Shown: positions 21,086-27,605 of the stretch, in pieces | Numbering within the stretch: the first letter of the stretch is position 1 | Layout of the letters: each line of letters begins with the position of its first letter | The notes under the pieces: generated by a model | What the model was told of the DNA's origin: nothing | Databases searched by the model: none | The model's input: the letters and a program-made list of their open reading frames with translations, nothing else | Source: Chromatiaceae bacterium | Lineage (GTDB): Bacteria; Pseudomonadota; Gammaproteobacteria; DTRM01 | Reading direction: 5' to 3' | Assembly: GCA_012965975.1 (NCBI GenBank) | Contig: DTRM01000027.1 | Span: 1 to 40,586 of the forward strand | Length of the DNA stretch: 40,586 bases | Translations under genes and position numbers: made by a program

Positions 21086-21161
21086 GGGGCCATAGCTCAG
21101 CTGGGAGAGCGCAACACTGGCAGTGTTGAGGTCAGCGGTTCGATCCCGCTTGGCTCCACCA
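21086..21161 (+). tRNA. tRNA-Ala (anticodon GGC)
   Basis: 76-nt cloverleaf GGGGCCA-TA-GCTC-AGCTGGGA-GAGC-G-CAACA-CTGGCAG-TGTTG-AGGTC-AGCGG-TTCGATC-CCGCT-TGGCTCC-A-CCA. It carries the G3:U70 Ala identity pair. Confidence 0.93.
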
Positions 21162-21187
21162 TATTTGTAAAGTTTGACGACAGATTA

Positions 21188-21263
21188 GTCCCCATCGTCT
21201 AGAGGCCTAGGACTCCGCCCTTTCACGGCGGCAACAGGGGTTCGAACCCCCTTGGGGACGCCA
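21188..21263 (+). tRNA. tRNA-Glu (anticodon UUC)
   Basis: GTCCCCATCGTCTAGAGGCCTAGGAC...CCGCC-CTTTCAC-GGCGG...GGGGTTCGAACCCCCTTGGGGACGCCA, 76 nt with an encoded CCA. Confidence 0.93.
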
Positions 21264-21383
21264 TCTTATCCCCCAGATTGATGCCAATACGGTAATCAAT
21301 CTGGCATTCGTGGCTGGCCGGGTCCAGAGTGACCCGGCATGTGCATCTAAAACTGACCCCTTTTAAATTCTCTATTATGAACT

Positions 21384-21827
21384 ATGAAACTACGTGAACT
21401 CATGGCCAAGCTGCATCGATTGCAAGCTGAGGTTAATTCATCGGAATCTGGCCAAGCCGATATAGTTGCGCAGATAGCGTCGCTGGGAGCTGAAATTCGG
21501 ACACGATTGGATGCCTCGGATGAGGCCTTTTCTGATCTTTCTGAGCAAGAATTTCAGTCCTTGATGGCCGATCTTGGGGATCCAAAGCAGGTGACGGTTG
21601 AAGTGGTCTATGCGACGAAAGTTGAACAGGCCATCCATGAGGTTCAACTCGCGCAGGGTGCCAGTATAGAGGATTGTATTATCATGTCCGGTATTCTGGA
21701 TGGCTGTCCGGACATTGATTTATCAGTCAATAAAGTCGGTATTAACGGCGCAGTAAAACCGCTATCTGAGCGGGTAGCCGATACGGATCGTATCGAGATC
21801 TATCGGCCAGTCACTGCCGAAGTCTAA
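21384..21827 (+). CDS. RnfH/UPF0125 (ubiquitin-like) family protein with a ~60-aa N-terminal extension
   Basis: The C-terminal ~87 aa (VTVEVVYATKVEQAIHEV.L..GASIEDCIIMSGIL...PDIDLSVNKVGINGAVKPLSERVADTDRIEIYRP) matches the RnfH/RatB pattern. The N-terminal 60 aa look coiled-coil-like. No start has a clear SD; internal ATG 21564 would give a canonical-length RnfH. Confidence 0.65.
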   Translation: MKLRELMAKLHRLQAEVNSSESGQADIVAQIASLGAEIRTRLDASDEAFSDLSEQEFQSLMADLGDPKQVTVEVVYATKVEQAIHEVQLAQGASIEDCIIMSGILDGCPDIDLSVNKVGINGAVKPLSERVADTDRIEIYRPVTAEV

Positions 21828-21915
21828 TCTTCCTGTAGTATAAGTCCTACTTAAATTGGATTAAGCAGTTACCTCTTTGTGGGGCGCTCTCATCTAGTGC
21901 GGAATAATTCTTTTT

Positions 21916-21932
21916 CGCACCGAAATGGTGCA
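21916..21932. promoter_or_regulatory. NtrC-like enhancer site (cGCACC-N5-GGTGCA)
   Basis: CGCACCgaaatGGTGCA matches 11 of 12 positions of the enteric NtrC consensus TGCACC-N5-GGTGCA. It lies about 100 bp upstream of the sigma54-like promoter at 22033. Confidence 0.35.
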
Positions 21933-22032
21933 TTGAGGCGTTGGCAACATCACTATTTTTAGAATTATCAGGTCTACGAAAGTCCCTGTTACAAAACAAT
22001 ATTCTTCCTATTTTTTAGTGTTTTTGATGGGT

Positions 22033-22048
22033 TGGCACATTTTGTGCA
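22033..22048 (+). promoter_or_regulatory. candidate sigma54 (-24/-12) promoter of the ABC operon
   Basis: TGGCACattttgTGCA compared with consensus TGGCACG-N4-TTGCW. The GG and GC elements have correct spacing. It lies in an AT-rich 340-nt intergenic region, about 124 nt upstream of ATG 22172. Confidence 0.5.
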
Positions 22049-22171
22049 GCTAACACAGGTAGCTATTGCTATTAGCTATAATGAGTTGTTTGCTAGATTT
22101 TTTTGATTAACACACCAGTCCAGCGACTGTAACGACTGGACTGAATAACGAAGAGAGAGGAACTATTGCAC

Positions 22172-23557
22172 ATGAAAAGTCAATTAGTAGGCGCTATGGC
22201 GCTTGTATTGGGTGTGGCGAATGTTGCCAGCGCCGAAGACATCCGTATCGCTGTTGGCCATCAGAGTAAATGTACGGATACCTATTCCGCGGGCATTATT
22301 TTGAAAGAGTTAGAACTTATTCAAAAGTATTTACCAAGAGATGGAAAGTATAAGGATGTAAGCTACACATTTGATTGGAAGGACTATTCGTCTGGTTCAC
22401 CAATCACCAATCAGATGTTGGCAAACAAATTGGACTTTGGCGTGATGGGTGATTACCCGCTGATCGTCAACGGAGCCAAGTTTCAAGCCACCAAGAGCTT
22501 GGAAACCAAGTATATCGCCGGCACCGGTTATAACCAGAAGGGTTCTGGTAACGCCATTGTTGTGCCAATCAACTCGGACATCCAGACCCTGGCTGAGCTT
22601 AAAGGCAAGTCAATTTCGGTCCCAGTGGGTAGTGCTGCTTGGGGTATGACCCTGAAGGCCTTTCAGGATCTGGGTATCGATACCAAGAAAGACCTGACTC
22701 TGAAGAATCAGAGCCCATCCGTCGGCGCGGCTAATATTGCAGCGAATAAGATTGATGCGCATGGTGACTTCTGTCCTTGGTCTGAGATCATGGAGTTCCG
22801 CGGTACCGGTCGTAAGATCTTCGACGGCAGTGAAGCCGGCGTCCCTTATCTGCACGGTGTTGTGGTTCGTAACGACTACGCAGAAAAGTATCCTGAAGTT
22901 GTCGTCGCTTTCATGAAGGCAGTGGTTGAGGCAGGTAACTGGGTGCGTAACGATCCCGTCCATGCGGCAACGATGTTAGAGGAATGGACGGGTGTAGAGC
23001 GTGAAGTACAGTATCTCTACTTTAGTGAGGGCGGTGCCCTGACGCTGGATCCAACCATCAAGGCGGAATGGGTCGAGGCGTTGGAATTCGATCACACCGT
23101 TCTGGTTAAGGAAAAAACCATTCCACCTTTGGACTTCAAGCGTTGGATCGACGATCAGTACATCCGTACTGCGTATAAGGACCTAGGTTTGGACTACGAT
23201 AAAGATCTGGCCTACACGCGTGTTGCCAAGGCTGAAAACATGAAGCTTAATCCTGCCGAAATTTGGCATAAGGATAAGGGCATCCTGAGCTACGACAGTG
23301 TTTCTGCGATGCTTTCCGATAAAGATTCATTCGGTAAGGCAGGCACCCTGCGTGCATCTTATGTCTATGACAACACCACCGGGTTGAAGATATTTGGGCA
23401 TATTGCGACCTACGTAAAGGGTAGCGATGGTATTGTCACCGCCTTTATGCGTAAAATAGACGCAGAAGCCTTTGCTACAAGCAATGGTGGCTCGCTGATG
23501 GCTGCGGGATCTACCTCCGTAACGGGTGAGCTGATCAAGCAAGCAAGCATGCATTAA
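22172..23557 (+). CDS. periplasmic substrate-binding protein, NMT1/SsuA/TauA-like (NitT/TauT ABC family), with a ~110-aa C-terminal extra domain
   Basis: It has a signal peptide (MKSQLVGAMALVLGVANVASA/ED) and an SsuA/TauA-like core to about residue 345. The additional C-terminal domain spans nt ~23228-23557. An AGAGAGG SD precedes ATG 22172. Confidence 0.85.
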   Translation: MKSQLVGAMALVLGVANVASAEDIRIAVGHQSKCTDTYSAGIILKELELIQKYLPRDGKYKDVSYTFDWKDYSSGSPITNQMLANKLDFGVMGDYPLIVNGAKFQATKSLETKYIAGTGYNQKGSGNAIVVPINSDIQTLAELKGKSISVPVGSAAWGMTLKAFQDLGIDTKKDLTLKNQSPSVGAANIAANKIDAHGDFCPWSEIMEFRGTGRKIFDGSEAGVPYLHGVVVRNDYAEKYPEVVVAFMKAVVEAGNWVRNDPVHAATMLEEWTGVEREVQYLYFSEGGALTLDPTIKAEWVEALEFDHTVLVKEKTIPPLDFKRWIDDQYIRTAYKDLGLDYDKDLAYTRVAKAENMKLNPAEIWHKDKGILSYDSVSAMLSDKDSFGKAGTLRASYVYDNTTGLKIFGHIATYVKGSDGIVTAFMRKIDAEAFATSNGGSLMAAGSTSVTGELIKQASMH

Positions 23558-23573
23558 GTTGAAGTTAAGTAAC

Positions 23574-23668
23574 GCGACCGGCTGAATCTCAGCCGGTCGC
23601 TGCACTTGCAAAAACCCCTTTTTTTACGCCTTGTAGACAAGGCGTAAAAAAAGGGGTTTTTGCAAGTG
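23574..23668. repeat. two tandem intercistronic hairpins (12-bp stem, then a perfect 31-bp inverted repeat)
   Basis: Hairpin 1: gcgaccggctga-atc-tcagccggtcgc (23574-23600). Hairpin 2: cacttgcaaaaacccctttttttacgccttg (23603-23633), loop taga, caaggcgtaaaaaaaggggtttttgcaagtg (23638-23668). They lie between the binding-protein and permease genes. Confidence 0.9.
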
Positions 23669-23731
23669 ATCTAGTTATCGTTGTATTGATTTTCAGAGGA
23701 GCGTAAGTTTCTCACATTTGGGTACAGCACA

Positions 23732-24580
23732 ATGAGTGAAGGCGTAGGCGGATATAATCAACATGACGCACTGAAGCAGCGGCTTCGCGGTCTGATGGTG
23801 CGCATTAAGCGCGTCGAATGGCAGCGCATCTTAGTGAGCGCATCGGCTTTGGTGGGCGCAGTGGTGGTTTGGCAGCTGCTGGCGATGTACCAGTTCAACT
23901 ACATTATTAGTTTTGAAAATATCCCAACGCCGGTGGTGGTGTTTGAGCAATTTCTCAAACTGATCGTCACCGAAGAGTTCTATCTACATATCGGTGCGAG
24001 TTTGCAGCGCATCGGCATCGCTTTTACGTCGGCGTCGATAATGGGCGTCATTGTTGGCATCTTCATGGGTCGTTCACGCATATTTCACGACATCATGATG
24101 CCCTACATCGAAATTTTAAGGCCGATTCCAGCGGTGGCTTGGATTCCGTTGGCGATCCTGATGTTTCCGACCGAGGAATCCAGCATCATTTATATTACTT
24201 ACCTAGGCACCTTTTTCCCGGTCGTTCTGAACACCGTGCATGGCGTCGAACAAACACCGGAAGCGCTGGTCAGAGCGGCTAAATCGCTGGGTGCCGGTAC
24301 TAAATCGATCCTCTGGCATGTGATTTTGCCGGGCGCCTTGCCCAGTATTATGGCGGGTCTCGCGATCGGTATGGGCGTTGCCTGGTTCTCTTTATTGGCC
24401 GGTGAGATCATTAGTGGTCAATACGGTATTGGCTACTTCACCTGGAACTCCTATACTCTGATTGAGTACCCCAACATTATTATCGGCATGCTGACTATCG
24501 GCGGCTTGGGTACCCTCTCTACCTACCTGGTCAGGCAGGCTTCTAAACCGGCGCTACGCTGGCAGGAGCATAAAGAATGA
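23732..24580 (+). CDS. ABC transporter permease (NitT/TauT family, SsuC/TauC-like)
   Basis: 282 aa, multi-TM, with the BPD_transp_1 EAA-type loop (EALVRAAKSLGAGTKSILWHVILPGALPSIMAGLAIGMGVAW). Confidence 0.9.
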   Translation: MSEGVGGYNQHDALKQRLRGLMVRIKRVEWQRILVSASALVGAVVVWQLLAMYQFNYIISFENIPTPVVVFEQFLKLIVTEEFYLHIGASLQRIGIAFTSASIMGVIVGIFMGRSRIFHDIMMPYIEILRPIPAVAWIPLAILMFPTEESSIIYITYLGTFFPVVLNTVHGVEQTPEALVRAAKSLGAGTKSILWHVILPGALPSIMAGLAIGMGVAWFSLLAGEIISGQYGIGYFTWNSYTLIEYPNIIIGMLTIGGLGTLSTYLVRQASKPALRWQEHKE

Positions 24581-25239
24581 TTCGCTATCTATCTATTGCC
24601 GCGACGTCCATCCGTGCCTACAAGGGCACATTCGTACTGGTCAGTCTGGGCTTTTTTGTGCTCTATTACGCGGCACTTCTGTTGGCAACCATGCTGCGTT
24701 TTGGGGAGATCCCGAATTATGTTGTGTTCCACGACATCATTGGTATCTATGCGTTGGTTTTGCAAGGTACGCCGTCGTTGCAAGACGCTATACCGATTAT
24801 GCTGGGGGAGGCTTGGTTGGAAACGGGCTTCAAGGATCCTCTCTACTATGGGGTGGCGACTTGGAGCTATATGCTGATTCCACCAAAGATGTTGCTGGTT
24901 GCCATAATGGGCATGCTGTTAGGTTTGTTTGCAAGTTTGACGCTGTACAAGCGCAAGCAAGCCTGCTTGTTGGATAACGACCGGCGACTATTTGCGATTG
25001 CAGGAATTGGTACCACCTTTATCAGTTTGACTAGCGCGACCCTCACCTGGGTGGTTTGTTGTGCAACGCCTTCTTGGGTGGTCGCCCTGGCGATGCTGGG
25101 TATGAGTGCGTCGCTGGCGTTAGCCCTGGAGCCGTTGGGTCAGGCGCTTACCCTTGCTGGATTTGGCCTGATGGCTTGGATCATCTGCGTGCAGTTAAAA
25201 CGCTTGGTCGTAACCAACGACCTATCATTGGCGACTTAA
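24577..25239 (+). CDS. integral membrane protein of unknown function, embedded in the ABC operon (vicinal Cys-Cys in a TM helix)
   Basis: 220 aa with about 5 predicted hydrophobic segments. Its ATG overlaps the permease stop (ATGA). The motif TWVVCCATPSW has its cysteines encoded at 25057-25062. I recognise no family. Confidence 0.65.
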   Translation: MIRYLSIAATSIRAYKGTFVLVSLGFFVLYYAALLLATMLRFGEIPNYVVFHDIIGIYALVLQGTPSLQDAIPIMLGEAWLETGFKDPLYYGVATWSYMLIPPKMLLVAIMGMLLGLFASLTLYKRKQACLLDNDRRLFAIAGIGTTFISLTSATLTWVVCCATPSWVVALAMLGMSASLALALEPLGQALTLAGFGLMAWIICVQLKRLVVTNDLSLAT

Positions 25240-25282
25240 GTGCAAGCTCTCCGACTCCGCAATTATTCCCATAGGAAATAGC

Positions 25283-26167
25283 ATGACTGTGACCAGTAAC
25301 TCAGGCGGTATCGCCGCGCAAGACGACGGCGAAGTTGAAATACCGCCTATGGGGAAAACCCATACCACGCAGAGAAAGCCGACCGATGGACACGTAGAAA
25401 TTTCAGGTGTTACCGTGGATTTTGGTCAGGGTGTCGTCGCGGTTAAGGATGCAACCTTGGATATCCAACCCGGTGAATTCGTGTGTCTGCTGGGTCCCTC
25501 CGGTTGCGGAAAATCCACCCTGATGAATACCGTGGCGGCATTTGTAAAGCCGACCACCGGCAGTGTCAAGGTCGATGGAAAAGAGGTTGAAAAACCGGGC
25601 CAGGATCGTGGCATGGTGTTTCAGCAACACTCGCTATTTCCGTGGAAGACGGTCTGTGACAATGTCGCCTTTGGGCCGCTCATGGCCGGTAAGACTAAAT
25701 CACAGGCGCGCAGTATTGCGAGCACCTTTCTTGAGATGGTCGGCCTAAGTGCTTACGAAAATCGTTTTCCCAGTGTGTTGTCTGGCGGGATGAAACAACG
25801 GGTGGGTATTGCCAGAGCATTGGCCAATTATCCGAGTGTGTTATTGATGGATGAGCCTTTTGGTGCGCTGGATGCGCAGACTCGGGCGATGATGCAGGAA
25901 AACTTGCTGCAGATCTGGAGTGAATTTGGCATCACCGTCATCTTCGTCACCCATGATATCGATGAGGCCGTGTTCCTGGCCGATCGTGTTGTCGTGATGA
26001 GTGCCAGCCCCGGTCGTCTGATCGCCGACATCAAAGTGGAGCTGCCACGGCCACGTATTGCGGATATGGTCACCAGCGCCGAATACATCAAGACCAAAAA
26101 ACAATGCATGGATCTGATCCGCCAAGAATCTTTGCGCGCCTTTGAGCAGCAAAGTAATAAAGGCTGA
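25283..26167 (+). CDS. ABC transporter ATP-binding protein (NitT/TauT family, SsuB/TauB-like)
   Basis: Walker A GPSGCGKST, signature LSGGMKQRVGIARAL, Walker B LLMDEPFGALD, and H-loop VTHD. Confidence 0.92.
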   Translation: MTVTSNSGGIAAQDDGEVEIPPMGKTHTTQRKPTDGHVEISGVTVDFGQGVVAVKDATLDIQPGEFVCLLGPSGCGKSTLMNTVAAFVKPTTGSVKVDGKEVEKPGQDRGMVFQQHSLFPWKTVCDNVAFGPLMAGKTKSQARSIASTFLEMVGLSAYENRFPSVLSGGMKQRVGIARALANYPSVLLMDEPFGALDAQTRAMMQENLLQIWSEFGITVIFVTHDIDEAVFLADRVVVMSASPGRLIADIKVELPRPRIADMVTSAEYIKTKKQCMDLIRQESLRAFEQQSNKG

Positions 26168-26201
26168 TTGGGCTAACGAATAGGCATACCCGGCTAGATC
26201 A

Positions 26202-26864
26202 ATGATGAAGCTTGGTACCACTCTCGGACTCGCCGCAATCGTGATCGTTGGGGCCATTGTTGCCAATTTTACGCTTAGGCACGATTCAACTCTTCCCGAG
26301 CAGCTATACGACGTTGCCGTTTTCCCCCCGCAGTCGTTAGAGGCCGTTGATCTTATCGATCAGAATAACGAGGTCGTTGGGATAGAACGCTTCAAGAACA
26401 ACTGGACCTTCCTGTTTGTTGGATTTACTCATTGCGCTCATATTTGTGTGCCGAGTCTTTCGCAGATGGTGTTATTAAAAAAGGCGATCCTCAACCAGCC
26501 AGAGTTTGGGCCTCGGTATCAGGAAAAAGGCTTGGCCTTTGTGTTTGTCAGTGTCGACCCAGCACGGGATACGCCCGAGCATCTGGCGCGCTACATGGGG
26601 AGTTTCGATCCGGGTTTTATCGGCATGACGGGTGAAGAGTCGGCGGTCGAAGACTTTGAGAAACGGCTTAAGGCATTTCACCGCGTGCGCGAAGATAAAA
26701 CCAAACCACAGGGTTACGATATTGATCACAGCGGGGAGATCTTCCTGATTGATCCGGCGGGCAGGCTGGCCGCCAAGTTCCATCCGCCTCTGGATATCAA
26801 CAAGGTGGTGAATCAATTCCAGCTGTTTGTTGGCCACTTCACTGCACCGGTGCCACCAGGTTGA
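26202..26864 (+). CDS. SCO1/SenC-family thioredoxin-fold copper chaperone / thiol-disulfide protein
   Basis: It has an N-terminal membrane anchor, a CxxxC motif (FTHCAHICVPS), and the conserved distal His (DHSGEIFLIDPAGRL). Confidence 0.85.
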   Translation: MMKLGTTLGLAAIVIVGAIVANFTLRHDSTLPEQLYDVAVFPPQSLEAVDLIDQNNEVVGIERFKNNWTFLFVGFTHCAHICVPSLSQMVLLKKAILNQPEFGPRYQEKGLAFVFVSVDPARDTPEHLARYMGSFDPGFIGMTGEESAVEDFEKRLKAFHRVREDKTKPQGYDIDHSGEIFLIDPAGRLAAKFHPPLDINKVVNQFQLFVGHFTAPVPPG

Positions 26865-27526
26865 TCAAAGCAGTCGTCTTGTTGTGGGTTAGAGGCTGGC
26901 TGCTATGCTTGGTCGCTGGCTATGCCAGCCCCGCAGCGGCCGATTATCTGAATGAAGCAGATCAGGCGCCCCATGAGAAATGTGGCTACTGCCACGAACT
27001 CGATGGCAATCCGCGCATGACCCGATATCCACGTCTTGCAGGACAGCAGCGTGACTATATGGTTAAGCAACTTAAGGACTTTCGGTCGGGTCGTCGAACG
27101 GGAGAAATGCAAGGAACAGCGGAATTATTGTCGGACCGTGACATCGACATCGTGTCGGAGTATTTTAGTCAGCAAGCGGTGAAGCTGCCGCAATTGGATA
27201 GCCAGCCGGGCGCCGATCAGCGCTTGGCGAAATCGCTTTATCAGTACGGTGATTCGACAAGGGGATTGCTTGCCTGCAGTGCCTGTCATGGGGCCGTAGG
27301 CTTGGGTGGGGCCGCGATACCACGTTTGGCTGGCCAGCATGAGGCCTACCTATTACAACAGCTGGGCGAATTTAAGGCGGGGCAGCGCAGCAACGATGTG
27401 GAGGCTCAGATGGGCGATATTAGCCGCCTGCTAAGCGATACAGAAATCGCCGTGCTGTCAGCCTACCTGTCTCGCCTTAAGCCCAATAAAAACAATAGTT
27501 TGAAGGTTCTGGATGAGCGTAATTAG
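26861..27526 (+). CDS. dihaem cytochrome c4-type protein
   Basis: It has a signal peptide and two CxxCH motifs (CGYCH, CSACH), each followed by a candidate Met ligand. TTG 26861 overlaps the SCO1 stop. Confidence 0.85.
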   Translation: MIKAVVLLWVRGWLLCLVAGYASPAAADYLNEADQAPHEKCGYCHELDGNPRMTRYPRLAGQQRDYMVKQLKDFRSGRRTGEMQGTAELLSDRDIDIVSEYFSQQAVKLPQLDSQPGADQRLAKSLYQYGDSTRGLLACSACHGAVGLGGAAIPRLAGQHEAYLLQQLGEFKAGQRSNDVEAQMGDISRLLSDTEIAVLSAYLSRLKPNKNNSLKVLDERN

Positions 27527-27529
27527 TCC

Positions 27530-27587
27530 TTGACATCAAACGGTTTTAGGCTAAAATTAAACTTATTATATCATGTTATAACAAGTT
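27530..27587 (+). promoter_or_regulatory. candidate sigma70 promoter with an overlapping 28-bp palindromic operator
   Basis: TTGACA (27530-35), 16-nt spacer, TAAAAT (27552-57). An imperfect palindrome AACTTaTTATAtCATGtTATAAcAAGTT spans 27560-27587 (24 of 28 symmetric) and contains the perfect GntR-type GT-N4-AC core GTTATAAC. It lies directly upstream of the GntR gene. Confidence 0.45.
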
Positions 27588-27605
27588 GGTAGAATAGCGA
27601 TCTAA

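Noticed and set aside
22051-22082. A sigma70 promoter (TATAAT at 22077-22082) and the agctatt/gctatt/agctata repeats, considered as the main ABC-operon promoter or operator.
   Set aside because: No acceptable -35 element lies at the correct spacing, and the repeat symmetry is poor. It is kept only as the alternative to the sigma54 hypothesis.
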